From NCBI RefSeq assembly GCF_036507355.1, contig NZ_AP027877.1: DNA of 64,000 nucleotides. One strand, written 5' to 3'. A program made the position numbers and the translations under genes. The notes under the pieces were generated by a model that was not told the origin of the DNA, did no database searches, and saw only the letters and a program-made list of their open reading frames with translations. This document shows, piece after piece, positions 33,476-52,075 of this stretch (its first letter is position 1; each line of letters starts with the position of its first letter). This DNA comes from Escherichia coli. GTDB lineage: Bacteria; Pseudomonadota; Gammaproteobacteria; Enterobacterales; Enterobacteriaceae.

Positions 33476-34195
<720 letters not shown>

Positions 34196-34217
34196 TTATA
34201 CGACAGTATAAATGTCG

Positions 34218-35156
<939 letters not shown>

Positions 35157-35235
35157 CTATCCAACCGAAGTGTACTATACATTCGGCGGGCCAGTTTAGC
35201 ACAAAGAGCCTCGAAACCCAAATTCCAGTCAATTC

Positions 35236-36387
35236 TTAATCAGCTTGCTTACGCAGGAATGCTGGGATATCCAGATAATCCGGCTCTTTCGCAGTTTGCG
35301 GCGCATTGTCATTCACGACTTTAGCAACCGGCTTCTGCTCCTGGGTCAGCGGAGCCATCCCGTGCTGCTGGTAGCGATCCATCACTGGCTGCTGAACCTG
35401 CTTATTGGTCACCAGAGTGATTTCAGGACGTTTGTCCATGCCGATACCTGTCGCAACAACAGTTACGCGCAGCTCGTCATTCATATCCGGGTCAAGAGAA
35501 GTACCGATAACCACGGTCGCGTTGTCGGAAGCAAATGCACGGATGGTGTTACCTACCGTTTCGAACTCATCCAGACGCAGGTCGAAGCCCGCTGTGATGT
35601 TAACCAGCACGCCGCGTGCGCCAGACAGGTCGATATCTTCCAGCAGCGGAGAAGAGATAGCCATTTCAGCAGCTTCTTCCGCACGGTCTTCACCGCTTGC
35701 CACGCCAGAACCCATCATTGCGTAGCCCATTTCAGACATTACGGTGCGTACGTCTGCAAAGTCCACGTTCATCAAACCCGGACGAGTAATCAGTTCGGCG
35801 ATACCTTGCACAGCGCCTTTCAGTACATCGTTCGCTGCGCCAAACGCATCCAGCAGGGAGATACCACGGCCCAGAACTTTCAGCAGTTTGTCGTTCGGGA
35901 TAGTGATCAGAGAGTCCACATGCTTGGACAGTTCAGTGATCCCCTGCTCCGCGAATGCCATACGCTTCTTGCCTTCAAAGTTGAAAGGCTTAGTGACGAC
36001 GGCAACGGTCAGGATACCCAAATCTTTTGCCACTTCAGCGACGACTGGTGCTGCACCTGTACCGGTACCACCACCCATACCCGCAGCAATAAAGACCATG
36101 TCTGCACCTTCCAGCGCCGCACGCAGTGCATCGCGATCCTCATCAGCCGCATTGCGGCCAACTTCTGGATTAGCGCCAGCGCCCAGTCCTTTGGTGATAC
36201 CGCTACCGATTTGAATCGTCTGTCCAACCGCTGTTTTACGCAGCGCTTGTGCATCGGTATTTACCGCGAAGAATTCAACACCTTCAATGCGCTCACGCAC
36301 CATGTGTTCAACAGCATTACCGCCGCCGCCGCCGACGCCGATGACTTTAATCACCGCGTCATTGGTAAGTTCCATTGGTTCAAACAT
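35236..36387 (-). CDS. ftsZ: Cell division GTPase FtsZ (383 aa)
   Basis: [52 protein letters not shown]... (tubulin signature GGGTGTG). Confidence 0.98.
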
Positions 36388-36447
36388 AGTTTCTCTCCGA
36401 TTTGTGCCTGTCGCCTGAGGCCGTAATCATCGTCGGCCTCATAAAAA

Positions 36448-37710
36448 TTAAAACTCTTTTCGCAGCCAACTATTGAGTCGCTTGATCCACGAGCCAACTG
36501 ATGCTGTAACACGTTTTTCTACTTCAGCTTCACCGTTAAGATGTGACTCTTTCCCATAGTGAAGCAATCCCACCGCCGTCGAATAATACGGCTCCTGAGC
36601 ATAATCCGTTAAACCGGTAATGTTCAGCGGCGCGCCGATACGCACTTGCGTATGAAACACGCGCTGAGCACAGGCTGCAAGACCTTCGATCTGCGCTGCG
36701 CCACCGGTTAATACAATGCCTGCCGCCAGGTGATGTTTAACCCCTTGTTGGCGAAGCTTTTCCTGCAACTGCAATATCTCTTCGTTGACCAGGTTGAGCA
36801 GCTCGGTATAGCGCGGCTCGATCACCTCTGCCAGGGTCTGACGTTGCAGACTCCGCGGCGGACGACCACCTACGCTCGGCACTTCCACGCTCTCATCTTT
36901 TCCAACGATGGAACCCAGCGCACAACCGTGGCGAACTTTAATCGCTTCGGCGTCGCTTGGCGGCGTGCCAAAGGCGTAAGCGATATCACTGGTCACGACA
37001 TTGCCAGCATAAGGAATTACCTTAGTGTGGCGCAATGCCCCACCGGTATAAACGGCGATATCCATTGTACCACCACCGATATCGACGACGCAGACACCCA
37101 GTTCACGTTCATCTTCCGTCAATACCGAATAACTTGATGCCAGTCCGGCAAATATCAGTTGGTCAACTTTCAGCCCACAACGTTCAACCGCTTTGACGAT
37201 GTTTTTCGCCATATCGTTGTGACATGTGATCAGGTGCACTTTTGCCTGCATCCGCACGCCCGAAAGTCCTACCGGATTCTTGATCCCTTCCTGATAGTCA
37301 ATCGCATACTCTTGCGGGATCACATGCAGCACACGATGCTCATCGCGCACACGCACCGATTTCGCGGTATGGACGACGTTTTCCACATCTTCTTGCGTCA
37401 CTTCTTCTTCAGAAATCGGCACCATACCAATTTCATTCTGGCAGCTGATGTGCTTACCAGAAAGCGCCAGATATACCGAAGAGATCTGACAATCTGCCAT
37501 CAATTCTGCCTGGTCAATGGCGCGTTGTACGCACTTGACCACGGATTCGAGGTCGTTCACCCCGCCTTTATCCATACCACGCGACGGGCAGCTGCCCACG
37601 CCAATGATATTGACCATACCGTCGGGCAGAACTTCCCCTACTAAAGCGGCAACCTTCGCGGTACCAATCTCCAGTCCTACTACCAGTTTTCTGTCCGTCG
37701 CCTTGATCAT
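36448..37710 (-). CDS. ftsA: Cell division protein FtsA (420 aa)
   Basis: [57 protein letters not shown]... Confidence 0.97.
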   Translation of the reverse strand: MIKATDRKLVVGLEIGTAKVAALVGEVLPDGMVNIIGVGSCPSRGMDKGGVNDLESVVKCVQRAIDQAELMADCQISSVYLALSGKHISCQNEIGMVPISEEEVTQEDVENVVHTAKSVRVRDEHRVLHVIPQEYAIDYQEGIKNPVGLSGVRMQAKVHLITCHNDMAKNIVKAVERCGLKVDQLIFAGLASSYSVLTEDERELGVCVVDIGGGTMDIAVYTGGALRHTKVIPYAGNVVTSDIAYAFGTPPSDAEAIKVRHGCALGSIVGKDESVEVPSVGGRPPRSLQRQTLAEVIEPRYTELLNLVNEEILQLQEKLRQQGVKHHLAAGIVLTGGAAQIEGLAACAQRVFHTQVRIGAPLNITGLTDYAQEPYYSTAVGLLHYGKESHLNGEAEVEKRVTASVGSWIKRLNSWLRKEF

Positions 37711-38537
37711 TGTTGTTCTGCCTGTGCCTGATTTTGTTGCTGAGTAGATTCCTCTGGCGGCAATGGCGCCCAGCCTACTGCCGCTCCAGAGTCATAACGC
37801 AAATCAACGTAGCTAATCCGTTTGCCATCGGTTTGCGCCTGCTGCTGTAAAACCGGATAAAGTTCTACAAAGCGAGCCAAACGTTTCATCGTATCGCCCC
37901 GGCCAAGATTGAGCTTAATATCGTTATTCAGCGTCAACTGCCAGGAACGCCGCGCGGTCATCGCCGCTTCCTTCAGAGTAAATCTGTCCTTTGCCAGCAT
38001 CTGCCCCATTTCGCGATAGCCCTGCAACACTTCATTGGCGCTGCCTTCCGGGCCATACAGCATTGGAAGCACCTGCTTGCTGGTGCGATCTGGCGGCACG
38101 CTGAAGGTGTTTCCTTCCGCGTCTACCATATGTTGATCATTCCACCGCGCAATCGGCACATATTCAACCAGATGAATCTTCAATTCATCAGGCCACTGCT
38201 TTCTGACGCTCACCTGCTTAATCCACGGCAGGCGTTGTTCTATTTGCGTCTGGATGATGTTGACATCCTGGGTCATAAAGGTACCTGGCTCACCCAATGC
38301 CAGGATCGACTGCCGGATATCGTCATTACGCGTGTAATGGCGTTCACCGGTCAACACCAGCTTTGAGAGCGGCAGGCGTTGCGCATCTTCCATCCAGCCC
38401 AACACGACCCAGCCGCTCACCAACACTGTCGTTAAAACGGTCAGCAGGAAAAGGATCCCCGCCAGACGCGTTCCATTATTGCGGCGAGAAGAAACCTCTT
38501 CTTCGCTGTTTCGCGTGTTCAGAGCAGCCTGCGACAT
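37707..38537 (-). CDS. ftsQ: Cell division protein FtsQ (276 aa)
   Basis: [60 protein letters not shown]...; overlaps the ftsA start by 4 bp. Confidence 0.96.
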   Translation of the reverse strand: MSQAALNTRNSEEEVSSRRNNGTRLAGILFLLTVLTTVLVSGWVVLGWMEDAQRLPLSKLVLTGERHYTRNDDIRQSILALGEPGTFMTQDVNIIQTQIEQRLPWIKQVSVRKQWPDELKIHLVEYVPIARWNDQHMVDAEGNTFSVPPDRTSKQVLPMLYGPEGSANEVLQGYREMGQMLAKDRFTLKEAAMTARRSWQLTLNNDIKLNLGRGDTMKRLARFVELYPVLQQQAQTDGKRISYVDLRYDSGAAVGWAPLPPEESTQQQNQAQAEQQ

Positions 38538-38538
38538 A

Positions 38539-40927
<2,389 letters not shown>

Positions 40928-40980
40928 TCTTTACGCCATTAACTTCTTAAATTCATACGATGCAAAAGGCATCGCTACAA

Positions 40981-42048
40981 TTACGCCCGGGCAGCCCGGC
41001 TCACTTCATTTGCCACTCGCTCGGTGGCATCCGGAATGGATGCAGCGCGGGCGCGTTCTGCCATGGTTAATAAGGTTTCTCGCGACCACCCGGCCAGGGT
41101 GTTGGCGACAGCATCCACGCTAAGCTGTGGCTGCTCGATAATTTTGGCTGCGCCCGCTTTTTCCAGCGGTAGCGCATTCCAGTATTGCTGGCGGTCTTTA
41201 TGTTGAAACGGCACAAACAACGCCGGTAGTCCTGCCGCGGCGATTTCACTCACCGTTAAAGCACCGGAGCGGCAAACGACGACATCCGCCCACGCATACG
41301 CCGCCGCCATATCATCAATAAATTCAGTCACTTTATGCTGCGGTTGCCCCGCTTCGGCATACGCCTGTTCAACGGATTGTTGCGAACCTTTGCCGCTCTG
41401 ATGCCAGATAGTGACTGAATCACCCAGTTTCGCAGCAACCTGCGGCATTGTCTGGTTAAGAATGCGTGCGCCCTGGGAACCACCCACTACCAGCACACGA
41501 ACCGGACCTTCACGTCCAGCCAAACGTTGCTGCGGCAACGGTAGCGCCAACACATCGGTACGCACCGGGTTACCCACCACTTCCGCATTGGGGAAAGCAC
41601 CTGGAAACGCCTGCATCACTTTGGTGGCAATCTTCGCCAGCCATTTATTGGTTAAGCCCGCAATACCGTTTTGTTCATGAAGTACAACCGGAATGCCTAA
41701 CGACCACGCAGCCAGACCACCAGGACCTGATACGTAGCCGCCCATACCGAGCACCACGTCAGGTTTGTACGCTTTCATAATCGCCCGCGCCTGACGCCAG
41801 GCATTGAAGATACGCAGCGGCGCAGCTATCAGTGCTTTTATACCTTTTCCACGCAGACCAGAGATACGAATGAAATCAATTTCGATGCCATGTTTTGGCA
41901 CTAAGTCCGCTTCCATACGGTCGGCAGTCCCCAGCCAGCGAACTTGCCAACCCTGAGCCATTAGATGGTGCGCAACCGCCAGTCCCGGGAATACATGTCC
42001 ACCGGTTCCGCCTGCCATCACCATTAATCGCTTTCCTTGACCACTCAT
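40981..42048 (-). CDS. murG: Lipid II synthase, UDP-GlcNAc:undecaprenyl-PP-MurNAc-pentapeptide GlcNAc transferase (355 aa)
   Basis: [60 protein letters not shown]... Confidence 0.97.
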
Positions 42049-43289
42049 CGTGAACCTCGTACAAACGCCTGCGCTTTCTCCAGACGCGTTTCATAATCAA
42101 TACGCAACAGCATCATGATGGCTGTCGACATAATCAGTAAGCTCGAACCACCGTAACTGATCAGCGGCAATGTCAGACCTTTGGTCGGTAACATCCCCGC
42201 CGCCGCGCCTACGTTAACCAGCGCCTGGAAGCTAAACCAGATGCCAATGGAACAGGCGAGAAAACCGGAAAAACGGTGGTCAATTTCTAACGCTTTGCGG
42301 CCAATCGACATCGCACGAAAAGCGACGAAGAATACCATTAAAAGTGCCAGCACCACACCGACATACCCCAGTTCTTCGCCGATAATGGCGAAAATAAAGT
42401 CAGTGTGCGCTTCCGGCAGATACTCCAGTTTTTGTACCGAGTTACCTAAACCTTGTCCCCACAGTTCGCCGCGACCAAACGCCATCAGCGATTGCGTTAA
42501 CTGATAGCCGCTGCCAAAGGGATCTTCCCACGGGTTCCAGAATGCAGTAACACGGCGGATACGGTACGGTTCGGCGAGTATCAGCAACACAACCGCTGAA
42601 ATGCCCATACCGATAATGGCAATGAACTGCCACAATTTCGCTCCCGCCAGGAACAACATCGCCAGCGTAGTCACAAACAACACCACCACCGTACCAAGGT
42701 CTGGCTGTGCCAGCAGTAACACTGCCAACACCAGAATCACGCCCATCGGTTTCAGGAAGCCGCGCAGGTTATTACGTACTTCGTCGCCTTTACGCACCAG
42801 ATAGTTGGCGATATAGCAAAACAGCGACAGTTTTGTCAGCTCCGCAGGCTGGATACGCAGCAAACCGAGATCGATCCAACGCGATGCCCCTTTAACCGAG
42901 CTCCCCACTACCAGCACGATCATCAGCAGGATGATAGATCCGAGCAGCATCGTGGCACTGTAGCGTTGCCAGAACTCCATCGGCAGACGCAGCGTAATGA
43001 TCGCCAGAATAAACGCCAAAATCAGATAGACACCATCACGCTTCGCGAAGAAGAACGGATCGTTGGTTAAGCGTTGCCCTATGGGCATTGACGCCGAGGT
43101 CACCATGATAAAGCCAATCGCCGCGAGGCCGAAGGTCAGCCACAGTAAGGTGCGATCGTACATGATCAGGCTGTCGGTATCTTTTTCCCGCGAGCCCATC
43201 ACCCAGCCCTTTAGCGCCGTGGAGATCCAGACCAGGATACTGAATCCTGGCAGGCGCGGCATTTTCAGGCGAGGGAGAGATAAACGCAT
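42045..43289 (-). CDS. ftsW: Peptidoglycan glycosyltransferase FtsW (414 aa); an in-frame ATG one codon upstream (43292) is an alternative start
   Basis: [60 protein letters not shown]...; the start shares one base with the murD stop (TGATG). Confidence 0.95.
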
Positions 43290-44605
43290 CAACCTAACTC
43301 CTTCGCCAGACGGGCAAACTCATTGCCTCGTTGTTCAAAGTTCTTGAACTGATCAAGGCTGGCACAGGCCGGGGAGAGCAGAACCATATCGCCCGGCTGA
43401 ACACGCGGAGCCAGCAAGCGCATCGCCTGTTCCATAGTTTCGGTTTGTTCTGCCACTTCCGGGCGTAGCGCCGCCAGCTGCGCGCCGTCACGACCGAAAC
43501 AATACAGACGTACGTTATCGCCATTCAGGTAACGCGCTAGTGGGCTAAAGTCCGCCGATTTACCATCGCCGCCCAGCAACAAATGCAGCGTGCCGTCTAC
43601 GTGCAGGCCATTCAGCGCCGCTTCCGTACTGCCGACGTTGGTCGCTTTTGAATCGTTAATCCAACGTACGCCGTTATGCTCCAGCACAACTTCAAAGCGA
43701 TGCGGCAGACCAGTGAATGTGGTTAATGCTTTCAGGCTGCTGGCGCGCGGCAAACCAGCTGCGTCTGCCAGTGCCAGTGCTGCGAGCGCATTGGTGTAGT
43801 TATGCTGCCCGGAAAGTTTCATTTCTTTCACGTTCAGCACTTTCTCGCCTTTCACCCGCAGCCAGGTTTCGCCCTGCTGATGATTCAGGTGATAGTCACC
43901 CATGTTGACGCCAAAGCTGACGCAGCGTTCATCCGCACCGCGAATCGGCATTGTTAAGGCATCATCAGCATTAACCACGCAAACTTTCGCGTTTTCGTAA
44001 ATGCGCAGTTTTGCTGCACGATACTGTTGTAAACCAAACGGATAGCGATCCATATGATCTTCAGTCACGTTCAGAATGGTCGCTGCTACCGCCTGTAAGC
44101 TGGAGGTGGTTTCCAGCTGGAAGCTCGACAGTTCCAGCACGTATAGTTCACACTCATCATCCAGTAGCATCAACGCAGGCAGGCCAATATTGCCACCCAC
44201 ACCAACGTTAACCCCCGCCGCTTTCGCCATTTCACCCACTAGCGTGGTGACCGTGCTTTTGCCGTTAGAACCGGTAATCGCCACAATCGGTGCTTGTGCT
44301 TCGCGACAGAACAGCTCGATATCGCCAACGATTTCGATTCCGGCATCAGCGGCAGCGCTTAAGGATGGATGCGCCAGTGCAATACCGGGACTGGCGACAA
44401 TCAGATCTGCCGCCATCAGCCATTCATCATTCAGACTGCCCGTGTGGCGTTCTACGGCTTCGGGTAATTTATCCAGGCCAGGCGGTGTCATACGCGTATC
44501 CATAACGCGCGGCGTCACACCGCGAGCGAGGAAAAAGTCCACGCAGGAAAGCCCGGTGAGGCCCAGGCCGATAATGACAACATTTTTACCCTGGTAATCA
44601 GCCAT
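43289..44605 (-). CDS. murD: UDP-N-acetylmuramoyl-L-alanine--D-glutamate ligase (438 aa)
   Basis: [60 protein letters not shown]... Confidence 0.97.
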
Positions 44606-44607
44606 GA

Positions 44608-45690
44608 TTAACGTACCTTCAGCGTTGCCAGACCAATCAGGACCAGCATCAGCGAAATAATCCAGAAACGCACAATGACGCGCGGTTCCGGCCAGCCTTT
44701 CAGTTCATAGTGGTGATGAATCGGTGCCATGCGGAAAATACGTTGTCCGCGCAGTTTAAAGGAGCCGACCTGCAGGATGACAGAAAGCGTTTCTACCACG
44801 AACACGCCCCCCATAATCACCAGCAGGAATTCCTGACGAAGCAGTACGGCGATAATGCCTAACGCACCACCTAACGCCAGCGAACCTACATCGCCCATAA
44901 AGACCTGCGCCGGATAGGTGTTAAACCACAGGAAGCCCAGTCCTGCCCCGACTATCGCGGTACAGACAATAACCAGTTCCCCGGCGTGTCGCAGATACGG
45001 TATGTGTAAATAGCTGGCAAAGTTCATGTTGCCGGTCGCCCACGCCACCAGCGCAAAACCACCGGCGACAAATACGGTCGGCATAATTGCCAGACCGTCA
45101 AGACCATCGGTCAGGTTTACCGCGTTGCCAGTACCCACAATGACGAAGTAAGCCAGCAGAATGTAGAACAGCCCCAGTTGCGGCATCACATCTTTAAAGA
45201 ATGGGACCACCAGCTGCGTTGCGGGCGTGTCTTTGCCAACAAGGTACAGCGCGAAGGCGACACCCAGCGCAATGACCGACATCCAGAAATACTTCCAACG
45301 AGCGATCAACCCTTTGGTGTCTTTACGCACTACTTTGCGATAATCATCAACAAAGCCAATAACACCGTAACCTACCAGCACCACCAACACGCACCAGACG
45401 TACGGATTGGACGGGTAAGCCCACAGCAGTACGGAGATCACAATCGCCGTCAGGATCATAATCCCGCCCATGGTCGGCGTACCGCGCTTGCTGAAGTGTG
45501 ATTCAGGACCGTCGTTACGCACCACCTGACCAAAGGAAAGTTTTTGCAAATGAGCAATCATACGCGGGCCCATCCACAATGAGATGAACAGCGCGGTCAG
45601 CAGGCTGACGATGGCGCGAAACGTCAGATAGGAAAAGACGTTAAAGCCGGAATAATATTTGACCAAATGTTCGGCCAGCCAAACTAACAT
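44608..45690 (-). CDS. mraY: Phospho-N-acetylmuramoyl-pentapeptide transferase (360 aa)
   Basis: [60 protein letters not shown]... Confidence 0.97.
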   Translation of the reverse strand: MLVWLAEHLVKYYSGFNVFSYLTFRAIVSLLTALFISLWMGPRMIAHLQKLSFGQVVRNDGPESHFSKRGTPTMGGIMILTAIVISVLLWAYPSNPYVWCVLVVLVGYGVIGFVDDYRKVVRKDTKGLIARWKYFWMSVIALGVAFALYLVGKDTPATQLVVPFFKDVMPQLGLFYILLAYFVIVGTGNAVNLTDGLDGLAIMPTVFVAGGFALVAWATGNMNFASYLHIPYLRHAGELVIVCTAIVGAGLGFLWFNTYPAQVFMGDVGSLALGGALGIIAVLLRQEFLLVIMGGVFVVETLSVILQVGSFKLRGQRIFRMAPIHHHYELKGWPEPRVIVRFWIISLMLVLIGLATLKVR

Positions 45691-47042
45691 GTCCCATTCT
45701 CCTGTAAAGCGCGTACTACCTCTTCCATGGCGGCACTACGTGAACCCTTAACTAAAATCGTAATTACCTGTTGCTCAGCAATCAGTGATTTAAGACGCGT
45801 AATTAACGCAGTTTTATCAGCAAAATGTTCGCCAACGCCGCTGGCGGTGCTGATAGCATGGCTTTGTTTACCCACGCTTAACACGCGGTCAATACCAGCA
45901 GCTTTTGCCGCCTCGCCCACCTGTACATGGCAGGCTTCGCTTTCAGCGCCCAGTTCCGCCATATCGCCCACCACCAGCACGCGGTAGCCCGGCATTTCAG
46001 CCAGTACCTGAACAGCGGCGGTCATTGAACCGACATTGGCGTTGTAGGAGTCGTCGAGCAGCAACTGGTTTTCTGCCAGTTGGATGGGGAACAGACGGCC
46101 TGGAACAGCTTTCAGATTTGCCAGCCCCGCTTTGATAGCATCAAGCGTTGCGCCCACGGACATGGAGAGCGCAGCGGCTGCCAGCGCATTCGCAATATTG
46201 TGACGCCCCGGCAACGGCAGCAGAACATCCACGCTACCGGTTGGGGTTTGCAGGGTAAATTCCGTACCGTGCGAGGTCACATGGATATTGGTGGCGGTGA
46301 AATCGCTGTTGGCGGCATTGGGTGAGAAACGCCACACTTTGCGTGAGCCAATTACGCTCTGCCAGTTCAGCCAGTCGTTGTTGTCGGCGTTCATAATGGC
46401 GATACCGTTTTCCGGCAGGCCGCTAAAGATTTCACCTTTCGCTTTCGCGACCCCCGCAAGCGAGCCAAAACCTTCCAGATGTGCCGCTGCCAGGTTGTTG
46501 ACCAGCGCCGCTTCCGGGCGAGTCAGACTCACAGTCCAGGCTATTTCGCCCTGATGGTTCGCGCCAAGTTCAATAACTGCGTAATCGTATTCCGGCGTTA
46601 AGCGCAACAGCGTCATCGGTACACCGATGTCGTTGTTGAGATTGCCTGCCGTATAAAGCGTGTTGCCGCACTGGCTTAAAATCGCCGCCGTCATCTCTTT
46701 AACGGAGGTTTTGCCGGAGGACCCCGTCAGAGCAACCACGCGCGCCGGAACTTGCTGGCGAACCCATGCAGCCAGTTCACCAAACGCCAGACGCGTATCC
46801 TTGACGATTAACTGCGGCAGGTCGATGTCCAGCGGACGGCTAACCAGTAGTGCGCCTGCGCCGCCAGCTTTCGCCTGGTCGGCAAAATCATGAGCATCGA
46901 AACGTTCGCCTTTCAGGGCAACAAACAGGCAGCCCGGCGTCAGTTTTCGGGTATCAGTGGTTACAGCATCAAGGGTGATATCTGCACCTTGCAGTTCACC
47001 GTTGAGAATGTCGGTAAGTTGGCTAAGGGTTACGCTAATCAT
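45684..47042 (-). CDS. murF: UDP-MurNAc-tripeptide--D-Ala-D-Ala ligase (452 aa)
   Basis: [60 protein letters not shown]... Confidence 0.97.
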   Translation of the reverse strand: MISVTLSQLTDILNGELQGADITLDAVTTDTRKLTPGCLFVALKGERFDAHDFADQAKAGGAGALLVSRPLDIDLPQLIVKDTRLAFGELAAWVRQQVPARVVALTGSSGKTSVKEMTAAILSQCGNTLYTAGNLNNDIGVPMTLLRLTPEYDYAVIELGANHQGEIAWTVSLTRPEAALVNNLAAAHLEGFGSLAGVAKAKGEIFSGLPENGIAIMNADNNDWLNWQSVIGSRKVWRFSPNAANSDFTATNIHVTSHGTEFTLQTPTGSVDVLLPLPGRHNIANALAAAALSMSVGATLDAIKAGLANLKAVPGRLFPIQLAENQLLLDDSYNANVGSMTAAVQVLAEMPGYRVLVVGDMAELGAESEACHVQVGEAAKAAGIDRVLSVGKQSHAISTASGVGEHFADKTALITRLKSLIAEQQVITILVKGSRSAAMEEVVRALQENGTC

Positions 47043-48526
47043 GCAATCACCCCCAGCAGACGCGCCACCGTGACGCGATCGGAGTAGTCCAGACGCTGAT
47101 TGCCAACAATCTGGTAATCTTCATGGCCTTTGCCCGCGACCAGCACCACATCGTTCTCTTTAGCCTGCATAACGGCGCAAGTCACCGCTTCAGCACGGCC
47201 TTCCATCACTTTGGCATGTCCGGCATCTAACATTCCCGCCAGAATATCGTTGATGATGGCACGCGGTTCTTCGGTACGCGGGTTATCGTCCGTCACCACC
47301 GCCACGTCAGCAAACTCTTCGGCAATTGCGCCCATCAGTGGACGCTTACCTTTATCGCGATCGCCACCACAGCCAAAGACACACCACAGCTTGCCCGCAC
47401 AGTGCAGACGCGCCGCCTGTAAGGCTTTTTCCAGTGCATCCGGCGTATGCGCGTAATCCACCACCACCGTCGGTTTGCCTGGCGCAGTGAACACTTCCAT
47501 ACGTCCGCAAACCGGTTGCAGACGCGCGGCGGTTTTCAACAGATCAGCCAATGGATAGCCGAGTGCCAACAGTGTCGCCAGCGCGAGCAGCAGGTTGCTG
47601 ACGTTAAAAGCGCCCATCAGATGGCTTTCAATTTCGCCATCGCCCCAACTTGAGCTAAAGCGAATCGTCGCACCGCTGTCGTGATAGTTCACGTCGATCG
47701 CTTTTAACCAGCGTCCGTGACAGTTCGGATTGATATGATCTTCCATTGATACCGCAACCGCGTCCGGCAGTTTTGCCAGCCAGCGGCGGCCCACTTCATC
47801 GTCGGCGTTAATAATCGCCTGACCGCAATGATGTTCAGAATAAAGCAGCCATTTCGCAGCTTCGTAGTGTTCCATATCACCATGATAATCAAGGTGATCG
47901 CGGCTTAAGTTGGTAAAGACCGACGCTGCAAATTTCAATGCCGCCACACGGTGCTGTACCAGCCCGTGGGAGGAAACTTCCATTGCGCAAAAAGTCGCGC
48001 CCTGATCCACCAGCCCCGCCAGCTCGTGCTGAACATCGACTGCGGAACCGGTAGTATTTTCTGTCGGGATCACTTTCCCAAGCAGACCGTTACCAACGGT
48101 GCCCATTACCGCGCTGGTTTCGCCAAGCAGTTGGCTCCACTGCGCCAGCAGCTGGGTCGTCGTGGTTTTGCCGTTGGTGCCCGTTACGCCCACGAGACGT
48201 AAATTGTCAGAGGGTTCATGGTAAAAGCGGCCCGCCAGTGCAGATAAACGCTCGTTGAGCTGGCTGAGATAGATGACCGGTACGCCGTGCATTTCACGGA
48301 TTTCACCGTCGGTCGCCTCATCTTTCGCCTCTGCAATAATGGCAGCCACACCTTGCGCTATCGCCTGCGGGATATATCGACGCCCGTCCGCCTGATGACC
48401 TACTACAGCTACAAAGAGATCGCCCGCCGCAGCCACACGGCTGTCGAGTGTCATCTCTCGCAGTGCTCGCGAAGGTGCGTCTGGCACCCACGGAGCAAGA
48501 AGGTCGCGCAAATTACGATCTGCCAC
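47039..48526 (-). CDS. murE: UDP-MurNAc-L-Ala-D-Glu--meso-diaminopimelate ligase (495 aa)
   Basis: [60 protein letters not shown]... Confidence 0.97.
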
Positions 48527-50279
48527 CTGTCCCCTCGCCTTGATTAATCACAAATTCATTTTTATCGCCCGTTGTCAGCGCATCCGGCTCGATGTTCATG
48601 GTACGCAATACGCCGCCCATGATGGCACCAAAGACCGGCGCGGAAACGGCGCCGCCGTAGTATTTACCCGCCTGCGGATCGTTGATAACAACAACCAGCG
48701 CGAAGCGCGGCTGACTCGCAGGCGCAACGCCTGCGGTATAAGCAATATATTTATTGATGTAGCGACCGTCCGGCCCGACCTTTTTCGCGGTACCGGTTTT
48801 AATGGCGATACGATAGCCTTTAATCGCCGCCTTCACGCCGCCGCCGCCCGGTAGCGCCACGCTTTCCATCATATGCACCACGGTGCGGACAATGGATTCC
48901 GGGAAGACACGTTCACCGGGAACCGGGGGGTCAACTTTGGTAATCGACAGTGGGCGATAAATGCCGTAGCTGCCGATAGTTGCGTAGACTCGCGCTAACT
49001 GTAACGGTGTTACCATTAGCCCGTAGCCGAAAGAGAAGGTGGCCCTCTCTATGTCAGACCACCGTTGTTTTTGAGGATATAAGCCACTGCGTTCTCCGAC
49101 CAACCCCAAATTGGTCGCTTTTCCCAGTCCAAAACGTGAGTAAGTATCTACTAACGCTGAGGACGGCATCGCTAACGCCAGCTTGGAAACACCGACGTTA
49201 CTCGACTTCTGTAATACCCCGGTCAGGGTTAATTCGCTGTAGCGTGCCACGTCTTTGATTTCGTGGCCGTTAATTCGATAAGGAACGGTATTGAGTACCG
49301 AGTTTTCCCGCACCACGCCACGTTGCAACGCGGTCATCACCACCATCGGTTTAACCGTTGAGCCCGGTTCAAACACGTCGGTGATGGTACGGTTACGCAT
49401 CGCCTCTTTCGGCGTGCCACTCAGATTGTTAGGGTTGTATGATGGGCTGTTAGCCATCGCCAGCACTTCACCGGTGTTGACATCCACCAGCACGGCGCTA
49501 CCAGATTCAGCCTTGTTAAAGGCCACCGCGTTGTTCAGTTCGCGATAAACCAGCGCCTGCAGGCGTTCATCAATACTCAGCGCCAGGTTGTGCGCAGCCT
49601 GGCTGTCAGTAGAAGAAATATCTTCAATTACGCGACCATAGCGGTCTTTACGCACAATGCGCTCACCCGGCTGCCCGGTAAGCCATTTATCGAAACTCTT
49701 CTCGACGCCCTCAATCCCCTGGCTATCGACGTTAGTAAAGCCAATGAGGTGAGCAGTCACTTCGCCGGATGGATAATAACGGCGAGATTCTTCACGCAGA
49801 TGAATCCCCGGCAGTTTCAGTTTTTTGATGTAGTCCGCCATGTCAGGGTTTACCTGACGCGCCAGATAAATAAAGCGCCCTTTCGGGTTGGCGTTAATGC
49901 GGGCTGAAAGCTGATCCAGCGGAATATTGAGCGCGTTAGCCAACGCCTTCCAGCGGTCACCGACGCTGATACCGCCAGCGTCATGCACTTCTTTCGGGTC
50001 AGCCCAAATCGCTTTTACCGGCACGCTCACCGCTAACGGGCGACCAGAACGGTCAGTAATCATGCCGCGGGAGGTGGAAACTTGCTGAACGCGAAGAGAA
50101 CGCATGTCGCCCTCTTTCACCAGCATATCCGGGGAGATAACTTGTAACCACGCTACGCGTCCGAGCAGAAAAGCCAGCGCCAGGAGAATACAGCCGCATA
50201 ACAACGCAAAACGCCAACTGATAAAGTTGGCATGTTCTTCCTGACGTTTTGGTTTCTGCGTTTTCGCCGCTGCTTTCAT
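48513..50279 (-). CDS. ftsI: Peptidoglycan D,D-transpeptidase FtsI (PBP3), 588 aa
   Basis: [60 protein letters not shown]... Confidence 0.97.
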
Positions 50280-50294
50280 GCGTCGCGTTTATCC

Positions 50295-50660
50295 TTATTT
50301 TTGCACTACGATATTTTCTTGTGACGGATCAACATGCTGCATTTGCAGCTTTTCCGTGGCGATCCTTTCCACCCGGCTATGGTCGCCGAGCGCATTCTCT
50401 TCAAGGATCAGGTTGCGCCATTCAATGTCTAAAGCATCTCGCTCCAGCACCAGTTGTTCGCGCTGAGCGGTCAGTAAACGGGTATGGTGCGCCGTGGTTA
50501 CCACGGTCACCGCCGTCAAAATAATGCAAATGAACAGGCAGAGTGGCAGCTTCCCAAATCGCAAAAGATCGTCACCGATAACACCAGGCAATGCATGGCG
50601 CTCGTGGCTTCCCATCGATCCTTTAACTTTGCTTAGAGCTTCTGTCACTCTGCTGATCAT
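50295..50660 (-). CDS. ftsL: Cell division protein FtsL (121 aa)
   Basis: [60 protein letters not shown]... Confidence 0.95.
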
Positions 50661-51598
50661 GCGTTCGTCCTCTCTGCAATACGCAGAACTGAACTACGGG
50701 CACGAGGGTTCTCAGCCACCTCTTCTTCGCCCGGCATTAACTTGCCTAGTGCTCGCAGCTGACGGCCACCCAGTTTTTTGAGCTGCTCTTCAGTCATCGG
50801 TAACCCTGCCGGAACTTGCGGACCGCGGCTGTTTTCACGCATAAAACGTTTCACAATACGGTCTTCCAGCGAGTGGAAGCTGATGATCGAAAGCCGCCCA
50901 CCCGGGGCCAGCACGTTGAGCGAGCTTTTTAGCGCCTGCTCTATCTCCTCCAGTTCACTGTTTACCCAAATGCGCACCGCCTGGAAGGTACGGGTCGCGG
51001 GATGTTTAAACTTATCTTTCACCGGCGTTGCAGCAGCCACGACTTCCGCCAGTTCTTTGGTGCGGGTCATCGGCTGTTCGCGGTTACGCTCGACAATGGC
51101 GCGGGCAATGCGTTTGGCAAAACGCTCTTCACCATAGGTTTTCAATACCCAGGCGATATCGGCTTCTTCTGCGGTTTGTAGCCATTCAGCGGCTGACTGC
51201 CCACGGGTTGGGTCCATACGCATGTCCAGCGGACCATCGCGCATAAAGGAAAAGCCGCGTTCAGCATCATCAAGTTGCGGTGAAGAGACACCAAGATCGA
51301 GGAGAATGCCGTCGATCTTGCCGATAAGATCGCGCTCGGCAACGTATTCGCCCAGCGCGGAAAAAGGTCCGTGGATGATGGAGAAGCGCGGATCATCAAT
51401 AGTCTTCGCAACGGCGATAGCCTGCGGGTCGCGATCGATCGCCAGCAAACGCCCCTCTTCGCCAAGCTGCGAGAGGATCAGACGTGAGTGACCACCGCGA
51501 CCAAAAGTCCCATCAATGTAGATGCCATCAGGACGGATATTGAGGCCATTAACGGCTTCATCCAGCAGCACCGTAGTATGTTTATAGTTTTCCATCAT
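50657..51598 (-). CDS. rsmH: 16S rRNA m4C1402 methyltransferase RsmH/MraW (313 aa)
   Basis: ORF 50657..51727 trimmed to [46 protein letters not shown]... Confidence 0.95.
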
Positions 51599-51599
51599 T

Positions 51600-52058
51600 T
51601 TATAGAGACAAGTCCTGCAGTCGCTCCGATAAGTCTCCGGTAGCCAACTGCTCTGCGTCGATATCTTCCTTGACCTGTTGATGCCAGGTTGTTTCATCCC
51701 ACAGCTCAAACTTGTTGAACTGTCCAACCAGCATCACTTCTTTTGTCAGCCCGGCATGTTGCCGCAGTACTGGCGCGATTAACAATCGACCTGCGCCATC
51801 CATCTGACATTCGCTGGCATGACCTAACAGTAGGCGCTGCACACGGCGCTCAACCGGGTTCATGCTCGACAGACGCGATAATTTTTGCTCGATAATTTCC
51901 CATTCAGGCAGGGGGTAAAGCAGCAGGCACGGGTGATGAATGTCAATGGTGCAAACCATTTGACCGGCAGCGTTCTCAAGCAGCTGTTCCCGATAACGGG
52001 TAGGCACTGATAAGCGCCCTTTGCTGTCGAGATTGACTAACGTTGCTCCCCGGAACAT
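51600..52058 (-). CDS. mraZ: Transcriptional regulator MraZ (152 aa)
   Basis: ORF 51600..52094 trimmed to [60 protein letters not shown]... Confidence 0.95.
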
Positions 52059-52075
52059 GCCAGCCTCACCCCTTA